DNA of 64,000 bases from Candidatus Marinacidobacterium sp. (GTDB lineage Bacteria > Acidobacteriota > Vicinamibacteria > Marinacidobacterales > Marinacidobacteraceae). Below the pieces are notes generated by a model. It was not told the origin of the DNA. It ran no database searches and worked only from the letters and a program-made list of their open reading frames with translations. The translations under genes and the position numbers were made by a program. The stretch covers positions 1,600,001-1,664,000 of the forward strand of contig OZ242011.1 in NCBI GenBank assembly GCA_965204755.1, read 5' to 3'. Of this stretch, positions 29,418 through 38,189 are shown in pieces. Numbering within the stretch: the stretch's first letter is position 1; every line of letters starts with the position of its first letter.

Positions 29418-29790
29418 CGGCTGCCGGCGATTCGCCGTGAAGGCCGGGTCGCGGAATCCACCGGTTTCGGACGACCCGGTTCCGTTTCCCGAGCGGGAAA
29501 GTCCCGGAAACCGGGATGGGGAATGAGGCGCTCGCTGCCGGTGGTCCGGCGTCGGGTCGGAGCGGGGAGTCGCGGGAAACCGTCCTTCGTCGAGGACGGT
29601 AGGCGGGAACCGCGACGAAAACTGTCATATCCGCCCGGTGGATCGCGGGTCTCGTTCTCCGGAGCGGGCGGGGGCCGGTCTCGTTTCCGAGGCCCCGATG
29701 CGCCGGCTCGGAGGATCGTCGGTGTTCGGCTGCGCCGACTTCCCGGCGGGGCCGCCGTCGCCTCGCAGGGCGCGGGCGGGGGCCGGCCGG

Positions 29791-30753
29791 TTACGAGGGT
29801 TCGAGGGCGGACAGCACCGCCTCGCAGCGGGCGGCGTCTTCGGCGCGTTCCGCGGAGCGCAGGATTTCGCAGGCGTCCTGGAGCGCCGGACGGGTGACCG
29901 GAGGCAGCGGCTCGCCGGCCTCGACCGCCGCCTCCCAGCCGAGCACCGCTTCGCGCAGGTGGAGGAGCGCCTCGCGCTCGCCGAAGCGGTGGAGCGCCCG
30001 GCCCAGGCGGTACCGGATTTCCGGGTCGTCCGGCTGCTCCTCCAGACCCAGCCGGTAGGAAGAGACGGCGCGGCGGGTTTCGCCGGCGTCCTCGAAGGCG
30101 ACTCCGGTGCGGAAGTGGGTCCGCGCCCGCTCCGTCCGTCGGTCCGCCGCGGCCGCGCCGGCGGCGGCGAGGGTCTCGGGGTCGGCGGACAGGAGCGCCA
30201 AGATTTCCGCGTGACCCTTCCGGCGGGCGAGGCTCACCGCCGTCTCGCCGTTCCGCGCGGCGCGGGTCGGGTCGGCGCCGGCGGCGAGCAGGAGCCGCGC
30301 GGCGTCCAACCGGCCGCGGTCCACGGCGCTGAGGAGCGGCGTCGCTCCCCAGGTCCCGGCGGCGTCCGGGTCGGCCCCGGCCGCCAGCAGCCGCTCCATC
30401 GTCCCGAGGTGTCCGCCCATCGCCGCCCGGTTCAGCGGGGTGATGCCGTTCTGCGCCGGGTCGTCCACTTCCGCCCCCCGCTCGAGCAGCAAGTCCACCA
30501 GCCGTTCGCGGCCGAGCACCGCCGCCACATGGAGCGCGGTCATCCCGTTCGGCGCCTTCCGGTCCACCGGGAACCCGGCGTCGAGGGCGGCGAGCACCGT
30601 CTCGAACTCGCCGTCCCGAACCGCGTTCAGCACCCGCTCCAACTCCGGGGCCGGGCGTTCCGGAGCGATTTGCCGTCCCTCGGCGCCGCCGGGGGCGTCG
30701 AGCGCGGCCAGCGCCGCCGCCAGCGCGATCCCGCCCGCGGTCGTCCGTCGCAT
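29791..30753 (-). CDS. Secreted ankyrin-repeat protein with C-terminal TPR
   Basis: Signal peptide, GMTALHVAA/GITPLNRAA/GATPLLSAV repeats, TPR-like helices. Confidence 0.85.
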   Translation of the reverse strand: MRRTTAGGIALAAALAALDAPGGAEGRQIAPERPAPELERVLNAVRDGEFETVLAALDAGFPVDRKAPNGMTALHVAAVLGRERLVDLLLERGAEVDDPAQNGITPLNRAAMGGHLGTMERLLAAGADPDAAGTWGATPLLSAVDRGRLDAARLLLAAGADPTRAARNGETAVSLARRKGHAEILALLSADPETLAAAGAAAADRRTERARTHFRTGVAFEDAGETRRAVSSYRLGLEEQPDDPEIRYRLGRALHRFGEREALLHLREAVLGWEAAVEAGEPLPPVTRPALQDACEILRSAERAEDAARCEAVLSALEPS

Positions 30754-30852
30754 CGGCGGCGAGCGTAGCCCATCCCGCCGCCTCCGTCGGCTGCGCCGCG
30801 CCCCCGCTCTCCCGTCCCTCCGGCGGGCCCCGCCGGGAATAGAATCGGCTCC

Positions 30853-31512
30853 ATGAGCGAACCGACGGCTTCCGGCCCGAAGCGGATCCCGCCTCGCCGC
30901 CGCTTCCTCCGGTCGTCGGGAGCGGTGGTCGCCGCGGCCGTGACCCCGGGCGCGCTGCGGGCGGGGGAGCGATCCGCGCAACACGCAGGCGCCTCCGGGG
31001 ACATCCCCCGCCGCCTCGACCTCCCGCTCCTCCACGCTCTCGCCGCGGCGGTCCTGCCGAGCGAAATCGGGGCGTCCGGGGTGGAAGGGGCGCTGCGCGA
31101 CTTCGTCCGCTGGCTGGACGGTTTCGAGCCGGTCGCCGAGTTGCCGCACCCCTACCTGTCCACCGACCGCGTGGCCTACGGGCCGCCCGACCCGGCGCCG
31201 CGCTGGGCGTCGCAACTCGCGGCGCTGGACCTCCTCGCGCAGAAGAGCCGGGGCGCGGGTTTCGCCGACCTCCCGCTCGACGCCCGCCGCGAGTTGGTCG
31301 CCGAGGACCTCGAACGCCACGGCGCGGAATCGCCGCTGCCGGCGCCGGCGCGCGCCCCCCATGTGGCCGCCGGTTTCCTCGCCCGCTTCTACTCCCGTCC
31401 GGCGGCCGCCGATCTCGCTTACGGCGTCCGCATCGATGCCGCCGGCTGCCGGGATCTCGAGTCGGGGGCCGAACGCCCGGCGCCGCTCACCGGCGCGGCG
31501 GGAGGGCGCTGA
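30853..31512 (+). CDS. Tat-exported gluconate 2-dehydrogenase subunit-3-like partner protein
   Basis: PRRRFLRS twin-arginine motif, GFADLPLDARRELV; directly upstream of the GMC gene. Confidence 0.7.
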   Translation: MSEPTASGPKRIPPRRRFLRSSGAVVAAAVTPGALRAGERSAQHAGASGDIPRRLDLPLLHALAAAVLPSEIGASGVEGALRDFVRWLDGFEPVAELPHPYLSTDRVAYGPPDPAPRWASQLAALDLLAQKSRGAGFADLPLDARRELVAEDLERHGAESPLPAPARAPHVAAGFLARFYSRPAAADLAYGVRIDAAGCRDLESGAERPAPLTGAAGGR

Positions 31513-31514
31513 CC

Positions 31515-33107
31515 GTGGCCCGCGTCGTCGAAGCCGATGTCGCCATCCTCGGCGCCGGCATCAGCGCCGCGATGGTGGCGGAGCGGCTCGCCGAGGACAC
31601 CGACCGCTCGATCACCGTCATCGAAGCCGGCAACCGCATCTTCGACTTCGACCGCCGCTTCGACACGCGCCGCCGATTCCTCGACTACGGCGAAAACCCG
31701 TACCGCGGCGCTTACATTCGCGGCCACGACTGCCCGAACATCCAGTCGCGCGCCATGTCCGTCGGCGGCCTGGCGATGCACTGGGGCGGGACGACGCCGC
31801 GGTTCTCCCCGGAAGACTTCCGGCTCCGTTCGCTGTTCGGCGTAGGCCGCGACTGGCCCATCACCTACGACGACCTCGACCCGTTCTACCAGGAAGCGGA
31901 GGAACGAATCGGCGTCGCCGGCGAACCGGGGCCGCCGGAGTACGACCCGCGCGGCGGCGCCTACCCGATGGATCCGCTGCCGGTGTCCTGGAACCTCTCG
32001 CAGGCGAAGCAGTGGGCGGAGCAGTCCGGGATTCCATACTGGCGCAACCCGGTCTCCAAGAACTCGCGCCCCTATCGCGGCCGGCGCGAATGCATCCGCT
32101 GCGATACCTGCTCCATCTGCCCCACCGGGGCGAAGTACAGCCCGGACTTCACCTTCCGCCGGCTGCTCGACGAAGACCGGCTGACCCTCCACGACCGCAC
32201 CATGGTGCGGCGACTCGTCACCGCGCCGGACTCGGACCGGATCGTCGAAGCGGAAGCGTTCCACCGGGACTCGCCGGACGAGACCGTCTCGGTGCGCGCC
32301 CGCCATTTCGTCCTCGCCGCCGGCTACGCCTGGTCGTCCCACCTGCTGCTGGCTAGCGCCGGCGGCCGGTTCCCCGACGGTATCGCCAACCGGTCCGGAA
32401 CGGTGGGCCGGTTCATCACCGGACACCGCTGGGTGAACGCCTTCGTCTCCGTCCCGATGCGGCTCTACCCCGGCGTGTACCGACAGGACAGCCTCCTCTC
32501 GAAGCGTTTCCAGCACCGGGACGCCGAGGCCCAGCCGGACGGCAAGTACATCCGCCACGACCTCCGCATCTGGGAAGCGGACTACGGCCGCCGCGCCCGG
32601 CTCCGCGACGACGACGGCCGGTTGCTGCTCGGGGACTCCGCGCTCGCCGACTGGCGGCGGCGCATCGAGACCGGATCGCTCCGAATGCGCGGCTACTACG
32701 ATGTGATCCCCGCGCGGGAAAGCGCCCTCACCATCGAGCCGGGGCGAACGAATCCCTGGGGAATGCCGCTGCCGCGCATCGACTTCGCGGACGACCCGGT
32801 CTCCGCCGACCTGCGCGGCTACACCGAGCAGAAGATCGAGGAGCGGTTCCGCAAAATCCTCCGCGCCGGCGGCGGCGAGTTGCTGGACATCGCGTTCGCC
32901 TCCGACTACGACCACCCCGGCGGCGGCTGCCGGATGGGCGACGACCCGTCGGACAGCGTGGTGGATCCCTGGGGCCGGACGCACGACCACGAAAACCTCT
33001 GGATCGCCGGCGCCCCCACGATCGTCTCCTCCGGCTGCAACAACGGCACCCTCACCTTCTCCGCCCTCTCCCTCCGCACCGCCTCCCGCCTGGCCGCGGA
33101 ACTCTGA
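31515..33107 (+). CDS. GMC-family FAD oxidoreductase
   Basis: ILGAGISA, VGGLAMHWGG, CIRCDTCSICPTGAK, HPGGGCRMG and NGTLTFSALSLR motifs. Confidence 0.92.
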   Translation: MARVVEADVAILGAGISAAMVAERLAEDTDRSITVIEAGNRIFDFDRRFDTRRRFLDYGENPYRGAYIRGHDCPNIQSRAMSVGGLAMHWGGTTPRFSPEDFRLRSLFGVGRDWPITYDDLDPFYQEAEERIGVAGEPGPPEYDPRGGAYPMDPLPVSWNLSQAKQWAEQSGIPYWRNPVSKNSRPYRGRRECIRCDTCSICPTGAKYSPDFTFRRLLDEDRLTLHDRTMVRRLVTAPDSDRIVEAEAFHRDSPDETVSVRARHFVLAAGYAWSSHLLLASAGGRFPDGIANRSGTVGRFITGHRWVNAFVSVPMRLYPGVYRQDSLLSKRFQHRDAEAQPDGKYIRHDLRIWEADYGRRARLRDDDGRLLLGDSALADWRRRIETGSLRMRGYYDVIPARESALTIEPGRTNPWGMPLPRIDFADDPVSADLRGYTEQKIEERFRKILRAGGGELLDIAFASDYDHPGGGCRMGDDPSDSVVDPWGRTHDHENLWIAGAPTIVSSGCNNGTLTFSALSLRTASRLAAEL

Positions 33108-33123
33108 GCACCCACCCTCTGCC

Positions 33124-35055
33124 GTGGCGAAGATCGAAGTAACCGGGACCGAACTGGTCTGGCCCGGAAAATACGACGACACCGGCCGACTCCGTCAGGC
33201 TCCTCGAGATGCACTGCCCTTCCAGATCATCGAAACAGTCAACGAGAGTCGAGTGGATCGGGAGCAGAGGAAGCGCCGCCGGCACTCCCTGTTCGATTAC
33301 TGGGAGGGCAAGGAAGGCGACACTTACGAGGAAGGATGGAGAAACAAACTGATCTGGGGAGACAACGAACTCGTCATGGGTTCGCTCTTGGAGAAGTTTG
33401 CGGGAAAGATCGATCTGATCTACATCGATCCGCCGTTCGCCACCCAGATGGACTTCTTGTTCAAGACCTATGTCGGGGAGGGCAAAACGGCGATCGACAG
33501 CAAGGGCTCGGCACGCGTGGTGTCCACCATGCAGCAGAAAGCCTATCGAGACACCTGGCGAGGCGGCTTGGACAGTTATCTCGAATACATGGTGCCGAGG
33601 CTTCAGTTGATGCGAGATCTCCTTTCTGCCCGCGGTTCGTTCTTCGTACATGTCGGCTTTCAGGTGAATCACTACTTGAGAGTCGCGATGGAGAACATTT
33701 TCGGCTCTGCGAATGTACTGGATGAGATCGTGTGGAGTTACGGTACTCCCTCAGGCGGTCGAGCGGCGGGCGACAAACTGATCAAGGCGCACGAGTACAT
33801 CATCTATGCCGTCAAGGAACGAGGAAGAAGCAAGTTCCACAAGACTCATCTCGAGTACTCCGAGAAGTACATCAGGGAGCGATTCAATCAGACCGATGAG
33901 GATGGACGCATCTATCGGACCCGCAAGCGAGGCGCGGTCGTTGAGCGTCAGTACTTGGACGAGAGCAAGGGTGTGCCTCTGTCAACCGTATGGTCAGACA
34001 TCAAGCAGACTTATGCCATGCATCTCGCCAAGAGAGCAAAGGAGGAGACCGGTTTCCAAACACAAAAGCCCGAGGCCCTGTTGTCGCGTATCATCGAATT
34101 GGCCAGCGACTCCGGCGATCTCGTAGCCGACTTCTTTTGTGGCTCGGGAACGACGGTGGCTGTCGCCGAGAGACTCGGACGCCGATGGATCGGGTGCGAT
34201 CTCGGTCGGTGGGGTATCCATGTTACGCGCAAGCGCCTGCTCGGTTTGCCCGGATGCCGACCGTTCGATGTGATGAATCTCGGCAAGTACGAACGCCAGT
34301 ACTGGCAGGGGGCGCAATTCGGCCTGAAGGAGGGCGCGGATGCGACTGAGCGGGTCATCTATGAGTACATCGCCTTTATCCTGAAACTCTACCGCGCCCA
34401 ACCAGTTGCGGGCATGAAGCATCTACACGGTCGCAAAGGAGCGGTCATGGTGCATGTCGGCGCCGTCGATGCGCCTGTCACCTTCGCCGAAGTGGAGAGC
34501 GCCGTGGAGGAGTGCCGCAAGGTCGGCCAGAAGGAACTTCATGTCTTGGGATGGGAGTGGGAGATGGGGTTGGCCGGCCCCAACAAGGAGGGGGAACGGG
34601 GCGGTCTGACACAGCAGCACGCCGAGCGAGACGGGATTCGGCTTCGGCTGAAGCGCATTCCTCAAGAGGTGATGGATGTGGCGGCTTCCGACAGGAGCGT
34701 CCGTTTCTTCGAACTGGCGTATGTGGACGCGGTGGCGAAGAGCGACGAAAGTGGGCGGGTTCACGTGCGACTTCGAGACTTCGTCGTACCGCACGGCGAT
34801 CCTGAGACCAAGGAGGTACGCGAGAAGATCACGAAGTGGATGGACTGGGTGGACTACTGGGCCGTTGACTGGGATTTTCGGGAGGACACCTTCCGGCAGG
34901 GGTGGGTGGCGTATCGGACTCGTACGGAGCGCTCTCTTCCGGAGCAGAGCGATCCGCATGAGTACGGTAAGCCGGGGAATTACCGAATTCTCGTGAAGGT
35001 CGTGGACATCTTCGGGAACGACACTTCGCTGCCGCTCGATGTGAAGGTCGGTTAG
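33124..35055 (+). CDS. Type III-like restriction-modification methyltransferase (Mod, beta class)
   Basis: NKLIWGDN, IYIDPPF (motif IV) before TQKPEALLSRII...DFFCGSGTT (motif I); lower GC than the flanks. Confidence 0.9.
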   Translation: MAKIEVTGTELVWPGKYDDTGRLRQAPRDALPFQIIETVNESRVDREQRKRRRHSLFDYWEGKEGDTYEEGWRNKLIWGDNELVMGSLLEKFAGKIDLIYIDPPFATQMDFLFKTYVGEGKTAIDSKGSARVVSTMQQKAYRDTWRGGLDSYLEYMVPRLQLMRDLLSARGSFFVHVGFQVNHYLRVAMENIFGSANVLDEIVWSYGTPSGGRAAGDKLIKAHEYIIYAVKERGRSKFHKTHLEYSEKYIRERFNQTDEDGRIYRTRKRGAVVERQYLDESKGVPLSTVWSDIKQTYAMHLAKRAKEETGFQTQKPEALLSRIIELASDSGDLVADFFCGSGTTVAVAERLGRRWIGCDLGRWGIHVTRKRLLGLPGCRPFDVMNLGKYERQYWQGAQFGLKEGADATERVIYEYIAFILKLYRAQPVAGMKHLHGRKGAVMVHVGAVDAPVTFAEVESAVEECRKVGQKELHVLGWEWEMGLAGPNKEGERGGLTQQHAERDGIRLRLKRIPQEVMDVAASDRSVRFFELAYVDAVAKSDESGRVHVRLRDFVVPHGDPETKEVREKITKWMDWVDYWAVDWDFREDTFRQGWVAYRTRTERSLPEQSDPHEYGKPGNYRILVKVVDIFGNDTSLPLDVKVG

Positions 35056-35057
35056 CC

Positions 35058-37817
35058 GTGGCGCGAGCACTCTTCGTCTATGACAGGCGCCTTCCGGAGA
35101 TCACCGGTCGGCGGCCGTGGGAAAAGCCAACTTCGCATCTGGTCAAGACGGACGAGGCGCCGGAGTGGAGTCGCGAAGACGGTCGGAGGCCGAGCGAGCG
35201 GTTGCTCGTGCCGAAGATCCGGGAGGCGGTGGACCGGTGGCGGGACGGGGGCTATTCGTCGGCGTCTGAAGTGACCCGGCGTCTCTTCCGCCACTGGTTC
35301 GAGGAAGATCACTCGGTGACCGGCTACGACCAACCGTTCCGGTTCCACTTCGGACAGCGGGAAGCCATCGAGACACTGGCTTGGCTCGTCGAGTGCTCCG
35401 GCGTCCGGGACACGAAGGCCCTGATTTCGCAGTACGGAAGCGTTGGGGACGCCGGTCTCTTCCAGAACCACGGTTGCTTCCAGACGACCATGGACGGAGT
35501 GCGGCAGTGGCTCGGGCCTTCGGGGTCGCAGGATCTGCCCGCCCGGAACCTGCGCCGCTACGCGTTCAAGATGGCGACCGGCGCCGGAAAGACCTGGGTG
35601 ATGGCGATGATCGTCGTGTGGGCGTGGTTCCACTCCCGGCGCGTTCCACGCTCTCCGCTGTCGAGGAACTTCCTGATCGTCGCGCCGAATGTCATCGTGT
35701 ACCAGCGTCTCGAGAAGGACTTCGCGAACGCTCGGCTCTTCCGCGACCTGCCCCTGATTCCGCCGGAATGGACGGGCGAATTCACTCCGCGGATCATCCT
35801 TCGCGGCGAGGCGACGGAGCCGAGCCCGTCCGGCAACATCTTCCTGACCAACATCCAACAACTGCACCAACGCGAGGAATCGTGGACACCGGCGAATCCG
35901 GTACAAAAGTGGTTGGGGCCGAAGCCGAAGCCGGGCCTGCTCGGCGGACTTCCGATGTTGGATCGGGTGAAGTCGTTGTCGGACCTGGTGGTCATGAACG
36001 ACGAAGCCCACCATGTCCACGACGAGGAACTCGCCTGGAACCGATCACTGGGCAGCCTCCATAACGCACTGCCGCACGGACTTTCGGCGTGGCTCGATTT
36101 CTCTGCGACGCCCAAGGACCAAAACGGGAACTACTTTCCTTGGACGGTCTGCGATTATCCGCTTGCGCAGGCGGTGGAGGATCGAATCGTCAAAGTGCCG
36201 CTTCTCGTGGATGCCCGATCTGCGGACGGAGGGGAGCCTCAAGATCCGGACGGACTCACTCGGGAAAATGTCGCGGAGAAATGCGACGACTGGCTGCAGG
36301 CGGCGACAGCACGCCTGCAGCGGCACGAGGAAGTGTGTCGAGAACTGGCGGTCCGTCCCGTCCTCTTCATCATGGCCGACAAGAACGCGCACGCGGATGC
36401 TATCGGCACCCATCTTCGCAAGTCGGATCAGTTCGATCTGAAGGAAGAAGAAGTCCTGGTGATCCATACCAAGGGTGACGGCGAGATCACGAAGGGTGAC
36501 CTGGAGAACGCGCGCCGGGCAGCCGGGAACATCGATAGCGCAACGAGCCGCATCCGGGTCATCGTCAGCGTAATGATGCTCCGGGAAGGGTGGGATGTCC
36601 GCAATGTCACCGTGGTTCTGGGGCTGCGCGCGTTTTCCGCCCAGTCGAAGATCCTCCCGGAGCAGGTGATCGGGCGCGGTCTGCGTCTGATGCGGGATGT
36701 GAGTCCTGACCGGACACAGACGCTGGAAGTCCTCGGCACGAGGAATCTGCTGGAGGTTCTACGCGAACAGTTGGAGGCGGACGGCGTAGGTATCGGCGCC
36801 GCGAGTGTCGCCGAACTACCACACGAACTCGTCATCCGGCCGGTCGCCGAGCGCATGAACTACGACATCGCCGTGCCGATCACCAAACCGAGCCTCACGA
36901 GGAATGTGCGGCGGCTGGACGAGTTGAGTCCTCTCGAACTGGATGCCGTCGGTGGCGATGTGGACCTATCGAGAGCCCATAGCATCAGTGTGTCCGTCAG
37001 GGAGCAAGTAACCGATGCGACCGTTCACACGGAGACCGTCAGCCGGGAGGCGGCGACGAGGTCGGAGGAGTCCGTGGCGGCCATCGTCCGTCAGGTCATG
37101 GATCGATGCGGCCTACCGACTGCGTTCTCGGTGCTGTACCCGAAGGTCAAGCAGTATGTGGAGCAGAAGTGCTTCGACAGATCGGTGTCCGTAGATGATG
37201 AGGTCGTCCGCTCGCACTTGGCGCGAGAAGAACTCCGGGAACGCATCGCGGCGTATCTCGTGGAAGTCGTCGGAGCCTTGACGGCGGAGCAGAAGCCGAT
37301 CGCCTTCAAGGAGGAGCGATTCCGGCTGTCGGGCACGAAGCCGTTCCGCTGGCGTCGGAACCTGCCGCCGCCGTGCGAGGCCACCAAGACGGTCTTCAAC
37401 TATGTGGCGACCTGGAACGACTTCGAGCGGCGGTTCGCCGGTTTTCTCGACCGGGCGAAGGACATCGCCCGTTTCTCGGCCTTGGGCACGACCGAGCAGG
37501 GGACCTCGGGAACGACCTTTCGGATCGACTATCTCAAGCCCAGCGGAGCGATCGGGTTCTACTACCCGGACTGGGTGGCCGTTCAGTCGACGGAGGATGG
37601 AGATATCCACTGGATCATCGAGACCAAGGGCCGCGTCTTTGCGGGCACGAAGGAGAAGGACGAAGCCATGCGCGCCTGGTGCGAGCGCGTAGAGGAGGCC
37701 ACTTCGGAGCCATGGCGGTATGTACGGATCAATCAGGGCGACTTCGACGAGTCCGCGGATGCGGAGACGCTCGCCCGGCTGTTGGAGAGCACCGGATCGC
37801 CGGGGATGCTCGACTGA
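35058..37817 (+). CDS. Type III-like restriction subunit (Res): SF2 helicase with PD-(D/E)xK nuclease
   Basis: FKMATGAGKT, MNDEAHH, FSATP, LREGWDV, EQVIGRGLR and YPDWV...IIETKG motifs; 2 bp after mod. Confidence 0.9.
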   Translation: MARALFVYDRRLPEITGRRPWEKPTSHLVKTDEAPEWSREDGRRPSERLLVPKIREAVDRWRDGGYSSASEVTRRLFRHWFEEDHSVTGYDQPFRFHFGQREAIETLAWLVECSGVRDTKALISQYGSVGDAGLFQNHGCFQTTMDGVRQWLGPSGSQDLPARNLRRYAFKMATGAGKTWVMAMIVVWAWFHSRRVPRSPLSRNFLIVAPNVIVYQRLEKDFANARLFRDLPLIPPEWTGEFTPRIILRGEATEPSPSGNIFLTNIQQLHQREESWTPANPVQKWLGPKPKPGLLGGLPMLDRVKSLSDLVVMNDEAHHVHDEELAWNRSLGSLHNALPHGLSAWLDFSATPKDQNGNYFPWTVCDYPLAQAVEDRIVKVPLLVDARSADGGEPQDPDGLTRENVAEKCDDWLQAATARLQRHEEVCRELAVRPVLFIMADKNAHADAIGTHLRKSDQFDLKEEEVLVIHTKGDGEITKGDLENARRAAGNIDSATSRIRVIVSVMMLREGWDVRNVTVVLGLRAFSAQSKILPEQVIGRGLRLMRDVSPDRTQTLEVLGTRNLLEVLREQLEADGVGIGAASVAELPHELVIRPVAERMNYDIAVPITKPSLTRNVRRLDELSPLELDAVGGDVDLSRAHSISVSVREQVTDATVHTETVSREAATRSEESVAAIVRQVMDRCGLPTAFSVLYPKVKQYVEQKCFDRSVSVDDEVVRSHLAREELRERIAAYLVEVVGALTAEQKPIAFKEERFRLSGTKPFRWRRNLPPPCEATKTVFNYVATWNDFERRFAGFLDRAKDIARFSALGTTEQGTSGTTFRIDYLKPSGAIGFYYPDWVAVQSTEDGDIHWIIETKGRVFAGTKEKDEAMRAWCERVEEATSEPWRYVRINQGDFDESADAETLARLLESTGSPGMLD

Positions 37818-37874
37818 GGGCCTTCGGGTCGCCGAAGAACACCGGAGGAAGTCCGTGGCGTTCGCGGTAGGGGC

Positions 37875-38172
37875 GCTACCCCCCCAGTTGACCCCTCCGG
37901 GCAGGCCGCTACCCCCCCCCCCCCCCCCCCCCCCCCCCAGTTGAGCCATCGCAGGGGGCTACCCCCCCAGTCGAACCTTCCAAGTGGACTTCGACCCCCC
38001 CAGTCGGGCCTCCGGACGGGACTCGCCCCCCCGGTCGAGCCTCCGGGCGGAACTCGACCCCCCCAGTCGAGCCTTCCGGGGCGGAACTCGACCCCCCCAG
38101 TCGGGCCTTCCGGGCGGAACTCGACCCCCCCAGTCGGGCCTTGCGGACGAGACTCGACCCCCCAGACGAGCC
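37875..38172. repeat. Array of 9 units, ~33-bp period, core (T)CGA-CCCCCCC-AGTCG with semi-variable linkers; one C-run is 27 nt
   Basis: C-runs start at 37879, 37912, 37962, 37995, 38026, 38058, 38092, 38125 and 38158. Confidence 0.92.
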
Positions 38173-38189
38173 TTGGAGGAAAACCCGGT

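Noticed and set aside
37875-38172. CRISPR array call
   Set aside because: The linkers are ~15-18 nt and resemble each other rather than being unique spacers; no cas genes or leader.
37941-38189. Repeat array as a coding N-terminus of the amidohydrolase
   Set aside because: A GGAGGA RBS, the ATG at 38190 and a lipoprotein signal define the start, and unit lengths are not consistently multiples of three.
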